Source: Octopus bimaculoides (lineage: Eukaryota). Taken from it: 64,000 nucleotides of DNA. The position numbers were made by a program, and so were the translations under genes. The DNA lies in contig NC_068982.1 in NCBI RefSeq assembly GCF_001194135.2, positions 133,743,883-133,807,882 on the forward strand, read 5' to 3'. The notes under the pieces are model-generated. The model worked only from the letters and a program-made list of their open reading frames with translations, was not told the DNA's origin and made no database searches. Shown here in pieces: positions 1 through 13,454 of this stretch (positions within the stretch are counted from its first letter, which is position 1; each line of letters begins with the position of its first letter).

Positions 1-1676
1 CAGCTGCTATTTCTTAACCTAACACTTAAACTAGCGACCATGAATTTCCAAGTTGAACTAAGAGTAAATTGGTGCCACATAGATGGAACAACTCAGAACT
101 CAAAGCCCTTCAATTATCTTGGAGTTTTTGATTCTATCTGTCTTGTGGATAGAACTTGGGAAATAATACTCTGGGCCAAGTTGCCTTGATTGAGATGCAC
201 TATTTAAGCAAAATGTCTATTTGAAATATCAGTTTAGCAATAAGAAAGTCAGTTGTTATACTACATTCTTACAAAGTTTTGATTATTTTCACAATTAATT
301 GAAATACAGAGACAGTATTTCATTAGAAATCCTATAATGAAAAGATTCAACTCTGGTAGACAGCCTCTGCTTTAGGGTTATTTGCTGGACTGTTTTTGGT
401 GTTGAAGTTTCTGTGTTATCTGTTTATTTGAAGCAACATGAATCAAATAAAAATCAAATTAATAAGAAACTCAAACATTAGAGATTTAGAGAATTGTAAA
501 TGGGTGTTGTATCATTTTGTTGTTCTTCTAAAGTCAGAGAAAACAACACTACAACTCTAACAGAATGTGACCTTTTGTGTATATTCTGTTGCCTTGAAGA
601 GTTCAATAAGTATGGGAGCTAACTCTAAAGTATATAGTTTGATGGTGGTGGAAGGAGACTTTGTTGGAACCAGTTACTTGTTAGGCTGGAATGATTTGAG
701 TTATTCCTAGTTGATGAATGAATTCTAACATCAAAACTGTTAAGGATGTTCACCACTTGACAACACTATTGTATAGTGTATAATATTGTTAGTGTATAAA
801 AAAATTATAGGTTCTCTGTTGATCAAGGCTGACCATGCATTGGCAGATATCTACATGCTGGCCTTAGCAGAACTTGAAGAAGCTTAGAAGTTGCTTATGC
901 ATGCAAGTTTCTGTTATGCATGCCACTGATATTTATCCAAGGGAAAGATCCTGAACTTCCACTGATGTGGCTTGACACTAGTGTCATTGCAGGCATTACT
1001 ACAAAGATACAAAGGGCTAGAACAGATACCACAATGCTTCTTACTCAACTCTTTATCAAGTCCCTTAATCCACTAGCTTAGATTGTTACAATTAGTGCAT
1101 TTTATCAACCCTGAAAGGCTGAATAGCAAAGTTGATCTCAGCAAGATTTCAAGTCAGAACCAGAGAGTTGGAACAAATACAGTGAAGTATTTTACATTTT
1201 ATCCAGCACTCCATCAACTCTGCCAATTTATTGTCTATAAAAAACAAGTAAAAAAAATGCATTTTTTAATGTCTGATTAAATGTCTTGACATCTAAGATG
1301 AATTAAGGTGGTGAAGTAGAAGAATCTCTAGGATGCCAGACAAAATGCTTTTCATCCTGCAGTGTCAATGAAAATAAGTACCAGTTGAACACTGGGGTTG
1401 AAAAATATCTACTTCCCCCAGCCCTCAGAATTGCTGGCTTTGTACCAAAATAAGGAAAGAGTATCTAAAATGAATTGTTGTCAATAAAATTTATAATTTT
1501 TCAACCTTTTATCAATATTTACTTCTGCACTACATTTCTGTTGGTTTGATCTCAGGACCAGCATAAGATGCTTTATTTGTAAATGTGTATTTACTACTAG
1601 ACTATTTTACTAAGCATCAATTAATTTTGTGCATTTGAATAATTTTTATAAGTTTCTTTATTTTTTATTTTTGCAG

Positions 1677-1739
1677 AGAGTCTAATTCGACACAGTAGCT
1701 GCGAGCAGCGAGAATTAATAGATGACCGAAAAATGTTAG
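1677..1739 (+). CDS. Internal coding exon, 63 nt, phase 1-1, of an unidentified + strand gene; (x)SLIRHSSCEQRELIDDRKML
   Basis: Acceptor ttttttatttttgcag|AG and donor TTAG|gtaagc. Only the phase-1 frame is free of stops. The peptide resembles the exons at 9988 and 37908. Confidence 0.7.
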
Positions 1740-2559
1740 GTAAGCAAATCTATTCATTACCACTCTTTTTACTATGCTCCTCCTTCTCTCCTCCTCCTCC
1801 TCCTCATCATCATCATCATCATCATCATCATTTACTGGATATTTTAAAGGAGAGAGAGAAAATGAATGAAATAAACTAAAAAAAAAAATCAATATTTTGA
1901 TTTCTTCTTACTTTTTTGTCTATGTCTTCAGTTTTAACAAGATGGCTTTCAATCTTTTTTTTACACATTTTCACCAACTTAAAGACCTATATTTGTTTAT
2001 ACACACCCATACCCTACCATATCTACCATACTCATCATACTTGTGTTTTTATCATCATGTTTTGGTAACAGCTTTCTTTGAAAATGTATTCCATTGAAGA
2101 AACAGCTTTAGTGTAATTTCAATGCTTTCAAAGATATTTTCTCCAGTAAATTACTAAATATGTATGCAAATGAGCATAAAATTATAAAAGTCTATACATT
2201 ACTTGATACTTTTCAAAAAATTATCTTGCTTTCTGTTATTGATTACCTGTTGTCTAACCTGTCTAGAAGCCCTTCATTGAGCACCTTGTCAACTCAATAA
2301 ACTTCAGCTTTGGAACTTCTGTCTTGGTTTTCCTACAGATATCAACTCACAAAAGTTTAAGTTGAGCATCAACTGCATTGCCCCCCATTTCACCCTCCAC
2401 TGGTTACAAGCCAGTTAGGCAGACTCTTTATCTGGATACTTGACATGGTAAAACAGCAGTCTTGAATCACTAAGCCTGAACCCCCCCCCCCAAAAAAAAA
2501 AAAACCGATGGCCATAGTTTTTATTCATAACATTTTTTCTCTTGCTGAGTCTGGAGGAA

Positions 2560-3310
2560 AAGGCATTGCTCATGACCATTATAGCCCCACTTCTCCTAAG
2601 ACTAATCTGCTTGATGCTGTTAAAGTTCCATTCAAACTGTTGTTAAGTTAGCATATGTAAGTGAAGCATGAACTGGAAGAAGATTCCAGAGGGCCGATGT
2701 TCTAGGAAGGAAGGACTGAGAATACTGGTTAGTACAAGGCTTAGGCAGTTGGACAGAACAAATATGATGAGAGAGAGAGAGAGAGAGAGGCAGACAGACA
2801 GACTGGTTGGGAGTATCTGACTAGAGAAGGTACAAGATTAGCCAGCTGTGAGGAAGGAACATAAGCCATTTTCATAGTAATAGAAGAGACAACGTAACTG
2901 TTTGATTGATTTAATGTCAGTCATTTGAGTGACTTTTCTCTGGATTCAAGATGTCTTTGAGCATAGCAGCAGTACTGTCCCATATGCGGGAGCAGCTCTC
3001 AAATGTGGATTTCACATATTTTGTAGAGTGGCAGCAATTGTTGAGAGTTGAAATATTTTCTGGGTCTTGAAGAGAAATGCTTTGGGAGTCTTTGATTTGC
3101 CGTCCAAACTATGTTAAGTATGTGTTTTTGCCTGGAGAGATTTTGGTAATAGTGAAGCCAAGCATTTGGTGTGACAGTGAAGAATGTAGCTAAGTGTTGT
3201 TCATATTTAAAGGGATGTGGTGATGTTTCCTTGACATGAGTAATGCTTGAGTTTTTTTTTGTTTTTTTTTGCCTCCTTAAAAGAGACAAGATTGGCACTG
3301 TCTCACTGAA
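2560..3310 (-). mobile_element. Decayed 3' part of ORF2 of a CR1/L2/Jockey-group LINE
   Basis: Minus-strand translations include RKYFNSQQLLPLYK, YVKSTFESCSRIWDSTAAM (compare the conserved VRPxLEYCSxVW motif) and FLPRTSALWNLLP (compare FxxRxxxxWNxLP). Frameshifts, stops and a (GA)n insertion interrupt the frame. Confidence 0.75.
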
Positions 3311-3844
3311 GAATTCTCTCAAGGTGATCAAAATACTGCCTCAAATAAGTACCTAATCTATGTCAGTTTTGAAAACTGGATGTAAAACAAATGAACAGAT
3401 ATATTTGGTGATAAGTGTCTTGCTGCCAGTGCTATGTCTGACAATCCTAACTCTCATAAGTTCAGTCCACCTAGTAGAAGATAGGTACCATAAAGCAGTA
3501 GAGCCATATAGTTTGCTGATTGACATTTTAACACATGCTACTTTGCTGTGCTGAACTCAAATCTTCATCATTAAACACTAGACATAAAAGTGTCTCTCAA
3601 ACATTTATGTAGTACATTGAAAACTGGTATAAAGTGCAGTCCACAGATATTTGTTAGTAATTAATGAATGGATATGATGGAGAGTGAAACAAAGATTTCT
3701 ATCTTATAAACACACACATGGACACGCACACACATACACAGTGATGTGTCATCACATATGTGGCTATCATTTTATCTTGTCTAATTTATTTTAATACAGT
3801 CTTATCTATATTTTCATAATTACATATATGTATGTAAATTTGTA

Positions 3845-3887
<43 letters not shown>

Positions 3888-4591
3888 ATATTTACACTTG
3901 CACATATGTGCATAGGTATAATATACACATGCATACAAATGCATAAATACAGATATAGACATATTGTTTCTGTGATTGTGTGAGTTGGAAAGAAATCTTG
4001 ATTCATTGGTGTGATGTACTTTTAACTGCTGAATGGAGATTTGCACTATTTAATAAAATACTGTCTAAAATATTTGTCACTGAACAAAGCAAGATTAACA
4101 CACATTTCACACCCATTTGTGGATTATTGTTTGTCTGTGTTCATGTATGAATGATAAAATTAGTAAATTAGTATACTGAAGGGTCAGTTAATGGATATAG
4201 ACTTAATTATCTGAATATTCACGCTTAATGATTTATTTCTTTATTTTTTTAAGAATTGTGTTTAGTATATTTTCTGCCTATATTGTCTTGCATTCATTTT
4301 TATTTACTAAATGGCTGGGATGGATTTAGCAATAATCATTAGCAATAATCGTAACAATAATCATTAGCTCAATATTGTTGTAGTGTTTTATACAGTTGAG
4401 TGCCCACCTTTCTGATAGTTGCTCAATTACAAACGTTGGATTGGCACAACCTGATAGACCAAAGCAGCTTGTACTATTTATGCTTCTTCTTACAATGGCT
4501 GCAGTAAATTTAAACATTTAGCCATATGGCTAGTAGAGTAATCCTTTCACTGTGTCATTGTAGCTCTTAAATGGATTAAGATAAAATAAGT

Positions 4592-4985
4592 ATAGACATG
4601 GCCTATTGTGTGGTTACAAAGTTCACTTTGTAATTAGGTGGATTAGAGTTCAGTCTCACTGCATGGCACCTTGGGCAAGTGTCTTCTGTTATAGGCAAAA
4701 ACTTTGCAAGTGGATATTGCAGACAGAACTGAAAGAAGCCCACAATGTGTGTGTGTCCCTTTTCTTGACATCATGGGGTCGTTATAAAAGAGAATCTCCT
4801 TTATGTAAGTGGGGTTTCTTGTTCCAGTCTTCTGTGGAAACAGTGACTGTAGGGAAATTTATATTGCTTGGAAACAGGTGAGAGTTGATGACAAGAAGAG
4901 TATCCAGTCATAGAAAATCTGCCTCAACAAATTCCATCTGATCCATGCAAGCATGGAAAAGTGGACATTAAAATGGTGATGACGG
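4592..4985 (+). mobile_element. Diverged tRNA-derived SINE, family A (CORE-like, octopus OR/OK type)
   Basis: Degenerate A and B boxes followed by GGCACCTTGGGCAAGTGTCTTCT and GAAAGAAGCCC. The same motifs recur at about 5570, 13930, 15750, 19855, 30083, 42402-42769, 44640, 45470 and 50620. Confidence 0.75.
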
Positions 4986-6217
4986 TAACAGTGCAGTTGT
5001 CTGTCAACATTCTGTATGCTGCATTTGTTCATTTTACATGCTTTTTTGATGTTTGCATGGGTTGGACAAATATACTGAAGCATTGTTTTATAGCAGGCTG
5101 CCCTTCTCGAGGATAGCCCTCATTTGCTTTTCAAGTGATCACTTATTCCATATGCTTTCAAAGGCTGTAAGTGACTGCCCAATTTGTTGACAGGAGACAA
5201 TGTCACAAAATTATTTCCAAAATCACACAATTAGAGTGGCTATAATAAACATGATTACTTCACCTGTTTCTCATATAGGCTTTGACCTGAGATATTTAAG
5301 AGGAATGAAATAAAATATTGTGATAGCCATGCCTTAATGAAACAATTGTAATTAAGAATTAGTCCTGAGTTTCAAAACCAATTTGGCATGATCCTACATT
5401 TTAATTTGCAGAGATTGTTAACAGTAACCAGTTGATAATATCTATGCCCGTATTGATCAGGATTTTCCGTTGGACAGGTTATTGCAGCAGCTTAAACTTG
5501 TAAATGGATGAATTTGTATTAATATGAAGATGGAGATAAATTTAGTTAAGAAACACATAGTTCCGGAGTGGCACCTTGGGCAAGTGTCTTCTACTAATGG
5601 ATTTGGTAGACGAAAACTACTCAAAGCCTCACACTCACACACACACACACACAAACATATATATTTGTGTCTTTGTCTCCATGTTTGTCCCTTCCACACC
5701 GCTTGGCAACTGGTGTTGGTGTTTTACATCCCTGTAACTTAGTGGTTTGGCAAAAGAGACTAATAGGATAAGTACCAGGCTTTTAAAAAGTTAAGAACTA
5801 GGGGCAATTTATTCAACTAAAATTCTTCAAGGTGGTGCCCCAGCATGGTCACAGTTTAATGATTAAAACAAGTTAAAGATAAAACATATATGTATATATA
5901 TAGTGATATAGTGTACTGTACCATGATGGTAAAATCAGCAAAACAAAGTACTCCATCTGGTGAGAGATAACTATCATTTAATAAACACCATATATGTTTT
6001 TTATGTGCTACTACTAGTGATAAAAGCATCTCAGTATTTTTTAACATGCTTGGTGCCTTAGCACAATCTTCAGATGCTCCATGGGACCATTGCCTGAAGA
6101 TTGCAATAAGGTACCAGATATGTTAAAAAATACTGTCTAAAATGCTTTCATTCCATGAAACTAACTGTAGCACATAAAAACATATATTGTATTTATTAAA
6201 TGAGATATATATATATA

Positions 6218-6422
6218 CCGCCTGACTGGCCTTCGTGCCAGTGGCACATGAAAGCACCCACTACACTCTCGGAGTGGTTGGCGTTAGGAAGGGCATCCAC
6301 CTGTAGAAACTCTGCCAAATCAGATTGGAGCCTGGTGTAACCATCTGGTTCACCCGTCCTCAGTCAAATCGTCCAACCCATGCTAGCATGGAAATCGGAC
6401 GTTAAACGATGATGATGATGAT

Positions 6423-6424
<2 letters not shown>
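6218..6424 (+). mobile_element. Young short retroposon, family B, with RTE-like 3' tail ending in (GAT)n
   Basis: Near-identical to 39952-40193 (GGAGTGGTTGGCGTTAGGAAGGGCATCCA...CCAACCCATGCTAGCATGGAAA...GATGATGAT). Confidence 0.85.
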
Positions 6425-6460
<36 letters not shown>

Positions 6461-6650
6461 TTCAAATTTATAGAAAACCAAAGGCGAAAACAGGTGTAGG
6501 AACAACAAGCAGGTGTATTAGTTTAATGCTTGGGAAAAATGGAAAAGTTTTTTTACATTTCGAGCCTACACTCTTCAACAGGAAGGATTAAGAGGGAAAA
6601 AATGGAAAGAGAATGAAAAAATGAGCTGAGTTCAACGGTCCAACATGGCT

Positions 6651-6697
<47 letters not shown>

Positions 6698-7208
6698 GCA
6701 GGGGATGTATATATGTATTTGTTTGTGTTTGTCTTACTCACTACCACCATTGCTTGACGACCAATGTTAGTTTGCTTATGCCTCCCCCCACAAACTTCCA
6801 GTTCAGCAAAAGATACTGATAAAATTAGAAATAACTACTGGGCTCAGTTTGAAATACATAAGCAGTAACTGGTAAATACTTTATACCTTCAGTTTGGGTA
6901 GAATGTCCAGTACTGTACACCTAAAATCTCACTAGGGTTAAATAGCTTGAATGGGTAAACTGTGCAGCAGACTCATTAATACTTGGAAAATAACTATAAT
7001 GATTATCTAAAGCTGGTATTAGGTCTGATATAACAGGATTATCAGGAGAAATTTTAAAAGCAGGTTTGAACCTCATGGTAGCTCTATTATCATAAGATAT
7101 TAAATTTGTGAAACAGAGTACCAAATTACCAAGCATTGAGTATGGTTGTTGTTTTTCTGCCTAAAACAAATCTTGAAAATTTACTGGCATCCTAAAGGAT
7201 ACCAGTAA

Positions 7209-7708
7209 TACAGTTTTAACCCCCCAGAAGAGGGTTATCTATGCAAAATTTATCATGTCTGTACTATAAAAAACAAAATAAGATAAGTGGAGACTATCCT
7301 TATACCATTATATTTGGAATGGTCATATTAACCACATGCACCGTATACTTGATTTACAATTCAGTTTTATTATTATCATTATTATTATTATTATTATAGT
7401 CTCCTTTGTCTGAAATCTTTTGTCAAACTAAATAGAACAGGAGATGCGTGGGATGGAAAGTTGCTGAAGAGGTCACAGGATTTATGGCAAAACATTTCAC
7501 ACAAAGGACACTAAAATAAGAATAATAATAACAATAAAACTGAAATGAAAACCTAGTTATATAGTACATGTGTTTAATTGGTAAACAAATACAGTCATCC
7601 CCAAATATAACAATATCTATTTCAACACACAGTTTCACATCAAAACAAATACATAAATGTATCATTATATCACTAGGTCACAAACAAAATATTTTGGTTA
7701 AAAATGTA
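7209..7708. mobile_element. MITE or non-autonomous DNA transposon with long imperfect inverted repeats, possibly Tc1/mariner-type
   Basis: Ends TA-CAGTTTTAACC and GGTTAAAAATG-TA are inverted. Internal arm acatgcaccgtatacttgatttacaattcagttttattatt matches the reverse complement of aataataacaataaaactgaaatgaaaacctagttatatagtacatgt. Confidence 0.5.
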
Positions 7709-8171
7709 CTGTGACTTCGCTTTCTGTTTTATCAGGATTCATAGAATGTCCTTGACATAAAGAAATACTGTAATTAAAATAAGGATACATATTATTGATC
7801 CCATTCTGTTTGTATCCCAGTTTTTAGAACAGGTACATATCCTTGTATGTCATAAGAGATAACTAAAAGGGGTGGTTTCAGGAAGGGCATTCTGCCTCAA
7901 AAAGCCCTGTCCAACCCATATCAGCATGGATAAGTGGATATACAAATAATGATAAATGATTCTATTGAAGCAAGATATTTCTTATAAGGAAATCTTTCCT
8001 TAAGGGTCTCCTTGTCAACTTAGATATATTTGATTCAATCTGAGAACAACAAAAGCTGGAAAGAACCTGACTTGCAATGTTTGATTTTATTTTACCCCAA
8101 ATAAGATGACACCAAAATCAAGCCTTCTATTTGGTTAAAATAATTTCTTTTTCTCCAAATAAGATTATGTT

Positions 8172-8435
8172 TGAAAGCACATGGCCTAGTGGTTAGTGTG
8201 TTGGCACCCATGATTGCAGGGTTATGGTTTCAGTTCCTGGACTGGATGGTGTGTTGTATTCTTGAGCAAAACACTTCAAGTTGCTTCAGTTCACTCAGCT
8301 GCAATTGAGTAACCCTGCACCTGACTGACATCCCATTCAGGGGGAATATTGTGATCTCAGTCACTTATGCACCAAGGGAACCATATAACTGACCTTAGGA
8401 GTCCTGTGACTCAAGACAGTAATGGCTAGGTGTTG
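8172..8435 (+). mobile_element. tRNA-derived SINE, family D (CTTGAGCAA..CACTT central motif)
   Basis: A box TGGCCTAGTGG and B-box-like TTTCAGTTCC. Related copies lie at about 26757-26940 and 33880-33990. Confidence 0.6.
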
Positions 8436-9695
8436 ATGGTGATGATGATGATGGTGATGGTGATAAAGGTGGTGATGATGATGAGAATGATGAAAGTTAA
8501 AATATCACTGAAAATACTGTGAGGGGAGGAGTTTCCTTTCATTGATTATCATAGAAATTGTAGCTGAAACAGTTCCTGTCAAGTCACATCAGTTAAGAAG
8601 ACATTGGTAACTCTTGACGATGTTATAAGCACTTGTAGTATCTACAATATATGCACAAGTATTGAAACTTAATCGCATTGCGAATATCAAGTGGAACATG
8701 GGGAATATAAATAAATTAAGGGGGAGGTTAGACTAGAATTGTCATGTGATTTTTTTTTTTCCTGTAGACAAAATGACTGTTTTGACTCTTGACCTCATGT
8801 GAATGAAACTTATAAGCATGAATGAATGAGTATAGGGTTATATAATCGTGTTCTCTTTAAACAAGATATTTTGTAATGGTTCCTTCATGTGAATATGTCT
8901 TCTATAAATGATGTTTTATGGACACAAATCAGACTATATAATTAAGGGCTCATAAGACAGAGGGTCAAAAACCACCCCAAGATGGAAAAAAATCAGAAAG
9001 CCAACTGCAGGACACAAACTATGTCTCAACTGTACCTCCAGACAGTCATGATACCATTTTACTAATGTAGTGTTCCAACTTTCAATCATCCAAATTACTT
9101 TAATATTTCAAGTGAGAAAGCAAGTTTGCTTGCTTCCTTACATTTAGAATGTAAATATAGAAGCATTGAGAAATATGTAAATATGTCTTTTATAAGTGAT
9201 ATTATCTTGAATGCCAATTCAGCCATAAATAATAACTCACATTTCAGAGGGTTAAACCCCGTTAGATAGAAAAAGAAAATGCATTCTAAATGTAAACAAA
9301 GTTCCTTTACTTATTTATTTATTTATTTATTTATTCATTCATCTTCTAGCAGTTTCCACTTTAATCATTTATTTGGCATTGATCAGTCAGTATATTGGAA
9401 CTGAAATGAAATAAATACACTTCAGAAGTTTGGTTTGAAGTGAATTAACTATTACTTTGATACAATATTTTTATTGTTGATGCTGGTGGTGGTGTTGTTT
9501 TTTAGTTAACTCAGCGCAAGAAGACCTTATGATATGGAAATATCTAATTAACAATAATACTCCATTTTTTCCTATTTAACTAGCAAAATTCAGACAAAGA
9601 ATGTGAAGACTTAAAAACGTGCTTCTTATTTTAATGAAGAAAGTGAGATGTTCTTGATTGAAGTTGTGCTGGCTTGGTTTTTACTTGTGATCTAA

Positions 9696-9911
9696 CCCTT
9701 TAGCATTTAAGCTGGCCATATACAGCCCAAATATTCTACCTGTCTTATGTTCAAACCAGCCAGGTCCAGCCTCTTACTCCGACCCTAGAATTTCATTCAG
9801 AAAATAGTCACATCATCAAAGTCTCAAAGCTACAAGATAATGCATGATTAATTAAAAACAATGTGAATAAATAAGTATTAAATTGAACAGAGTAATGTGA
9901 ATGTTAATAGG
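9696..9911. mobile_element. piggyBac-type MITE
   Basis: Begins (c)taa|CCCTTTAGCATT and ends AATGTTAATAGG|ttaa, i.e. a degenerate short TIR with TTAA-like flanks. A second piggyBac-like MITE family appears at about 33625-33800, 40295-40520 and 44205-44420. Confidence 0.55.
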
Positions 9912-9987
9912 TTAAGTAATTATCCTTTTGTAATATTTATAGCTTTTAGTCCTGTTTGAATTTGGAATTTAAAATTGCTTTTTCCAG

Positions 9988-10050
9988 AAAGTCCTACACT
10001 GCATCACATTTCAGAAGATAAAGACCCAAAAGAAGAACATAAAACTTATG
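9988..10050 (+). CDS. Internal coding exon, 63 nt, phase 1-1; (E)SPTLHHISEDKDPKEEHKTY
   Basis: Acceptor ttgctttttccag|AA and donor TATG|gtaagt. Open in the phase-1 frame, which is compatible with exon 1677-1739. Purine-rich. Confidence 0.7.
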
Positions 10051-11819
10051 GTAAGTAATATCTTTTATAAGAATGGTTGTAAAATAGTAAAAAAAAAAAA
10101 GACTAAATAGAAAAATAATCTAAAACAGAAAAGCAATTCATGATTATTACTCCATCAATGTTTTTCATATGTGTTTTGTCTTAGATATCCACTTACTCGT
10201 AACTTTATATATCATGATTTGTGTGTCTATAGGTACAAAATATACAACAAAGAGAGATTAAAAACAAAGCATATACAGTGTAGTTATTGAGGTTGATGTT
10301 CGAGAAATAGAAATGTCTTTGATGTTTCGAGTTTAAGCTCTTCTTCGGAAAGATAGAGAGAAAAGGATAGGAAAATGAGAAAATGAGAACAGGATAAAAT
10401 ACATATATCCACTCACACACACATACACATGTAAACATACATACATAGAAACCTTCATACTGGCCAGTTCCACATAGCTATAAATAAATGCCATAGGTTT
10501 GGAACAAATCTCATATCAGACTGCGGCAGTATTGTAAATTGATGAGTTTTCTATTAGCTGACAATACAGAGTTCAACTCAGGCAGAGTAGTATTTAGAAA
10601 ACAATGGTGCCATGATGGTCCTCGCCAAGCTGACACATCCTATATATACAGTATGAAGATTAAGTATTCAGCAGTGCAATGGCTTTTTGGTTACTCATCA
10701 TTAATTATTACTGGTCTGGATTTTTGGCTTTCATTGTGGTATTTAGATATATTATAGATTAAAAATCGGTTGTACAAGTTGTAATTTTGTCATTGTTGTT
10801 TGCTTGACTTAAGGAAATAGCTGATTAGAGCGATATAAGAAATGCTTTTGTGAAGCTACATTATCTTAAATATCTAAAAACGCCTGAGATGAGCTCTTTG
10901 CTAATAGGATTGTAATTTTGATTGGTTATTAACTTCATCTTCACTAACAGCATTTAAAAAATTTTGTATCTACACTCTGTCATCCTTTGTTATGACCTCT
11001 ACAGTCTCTTCACTGTTTCTCTCATCACATTCATGTTCATATTCTCCCTTCATTTGGTGATCCCCCACACACACACTAGTCTTAATTATGTTTGACTGGA
11101 AAAGAATGGTGGCTATGTAGAGAGGACTACATAGTCTTTTCAGAGATAAGGCAATCTCTCTAGTGTTGGTATCCCAATAAAATGTACCCAGTTCACTTTG
11201 TATAATGGGTGGTGTTTGAACAGAAAGTATGGTTGAATTCTTGAATTGCATTGAGGACATGACAGCGTCTCCATTGATGGTGCCATGATAAAATACACCT
11301 ACTACACTCTCTAAATGTATTTGGTGTTAGAAAGAGCATCCAGCCATAGAAACCATGTCAAAAATGAAACCTACAAACTATTGTCTTCTGATTCAACTAA
11401 GAGGGCAGTAATTCTGAATAAGAACTTAATATGACTTTGATAACCTATCCGACTCATATCAGCATAGAAAGTAGATCTAAAGTGGTGATGCTGTTAACAA
11501 CTACATTATTATTGGTGTGACCCTCAATTGTCTTCAAGACTGTTGTGTGCATACTACTCACAAAGCCATCAATGTATTAGTAGTTTTGTGGACAAGAATA
11601 TAGTTACTACTCAGTTTGGAAATAAAGGTTCTTAGAATTCTAGCTAGTACTTTGAATACAACATGATATTAAATAAGACTCTGATCTAGTATAGGGGTAA
11701 ATATTGAAAAACCTGTTTCTTCTCTGATGATAAGGGTAAGTTGAAAAAAATTATAATTTAGTATTATTTTAGTTTCAGTAGTGTATATAATGTGTGAATT
11801 CTAGCTCCATTTACAACTA

Positions 11820-12030
11820 GGATACCTAAGCAAATGATGAGATTGTGTGCAGTTGCACAGTCTGCTAGAAATAGCAGCCAAATTTCCCTCAAATTGGATT
11901 ATACAATCCTAAATACAAAGCAACATATTGGATAATGCTGTTTTTAGATAAGCAATAATTGAGAGAACAGAGTAGCTATATAGGAGCACGTTTTAATCAT
12001 AGGCCTGCTCGGCTAGAACTGACCTGAGGC
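11820..12030 (+). mobile_element. Short interspersed repeat, family E (CTGCTAGAAATAGCAGCCAAAT...GGCTAAACAAC tail)
   Basis: The same motif occurs at about 1-30 (-), 13290-13440, 29405-29535, 44165-44200 and 44855-45010 (-). Confidence 0.6.
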
Positions 12031-12239
12031 TATCATCATCATCATCGTTGTTTAACGTCCGCTTTCCATGCTAGCATGGGTTGGACTGCTAAGCAACAAC
12101 AATTTCTCTGTCATTAATGGGCACTTTTTATTTTCATTCATATAATTAATTTTTGTATTTTTTGTTTTTGCATTTTTAATTAGCTTGAAACATTTTCAAG
12201 TATCTTTTCAAAGTTGTCAAAAAATAAATAAGAATCAGC

Positions 12240-12900
12240 ATGTGTATTGAAGAAGTTTATATTGTAGAGGATTGAACTCTTCAGATTCTTGGTAGAATAG
12301 TATTGACAAAAACAAGGGCTGCTAGCTAGTCTTATAAAAATTTATGAAGAAACTTGTAGGACCTTTAAAAAAAAAATAATGAAGAAAAAAAATTCAAGAG
12401 GTTATACACCCTTCTCTCTAAATTATCAGAAATTCAAATAATTTAATCTTCGATAAATGAAGATGCTGACTTGACGAAGACTGCAGCAACAATTTGAGGA
12501 GAATTTAACATTATTATAAGTGACAACATTAGTTGATGCAATTAATGGAGACTTTTCAAGATAGCTCGATTAATTTTCATAAATATTATGAAAATTCTTT
12601 AATTCTAATTGTAAGAATATAGAGTGAATAATGAAATGCAGTTTTTTTCTTTTAATTCTGAAAAAAAAGAAAAAAGAAAATGTGCCAAAAAATTATTGAA
12701 GCAACACCAACATTTAGAATAGATTATTTTTAGATTTTCATCATTTTTCTTTTTTTATTTGTTAAATTATCATAATCTTTATTAGAAGAAAAAAATAGAT
12801 GATTATTAATTTTCTAAAAAAAATGTTATATAATCCATGGTTTTTAAAATGATGTTCTTTGGGTATTCAAATTTAGAATTAAAAAGAAAAATTTTATTGT
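12240..12900 (+). mobile_element. Possible highly decayed Tc1/mariner transposase fragment
   Basis: The stop-interrupted translation INEDADLTKTAATI*GEFNIIISDNIS*CN*WRLFKIARL loosely resembles a Tc1 N-terminal HTH region. Pattern match by eye only. Confidence 0.2.
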
Positions 12901-13454
12901 ACAAAATTAAGTGACCAAAATTAAAATTTAAATGAATGTAACATGTAAAAACAAGAAATGAGATGAGTGCAGAATATTAGCCATAAAGTCTGTGAAAACT
13001 TCTTGAATAGCTGGATGTATAAAGGAATAGTTATGAGTTACATCTGGCCAATTTAATAGTGTGGAGCCAGTTTGTCAATTTAAGGAGTAATGTTTCATGT
13101 CTCATCTTTAAATACTGCATTCTGTCTCTGGCTATGCTTAATGACTTGAATAATAACAATGTACAGTTCAATAAATACCAAATAGTAAGAGAGCTCTGTG
13201 TAAATTTTCGGAATTTATAGTGTTAAACTCTTTCATGGGTTTAGAGAAAGTACAAGAGAAGCCACTATGACCTCTACATGGTTGCTTGATCTGCTAGAAA
13301 TAACAGTTAAAGCTCCCTCATCACACTTTGCTGCCTTGAGAAAGGAAAGGACACATTGGATAATGTAATCCAAGACATACCCCCAAAATGATAGGATGGT
13401 CATGGCTGGAATGACTCTGATCACAGGTCACTTGGTGTTGATTTGGGTCTAAAT

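Noticed and set aside
1665-1892. Minus-strand ORF with a poly-Asp/Glu tract
   Set aside because: The acidic tract is a (CAT)n/(CTC)n microsatellite, and the ORF is antisense to the better-supported plus-strand exon 1677-1739.
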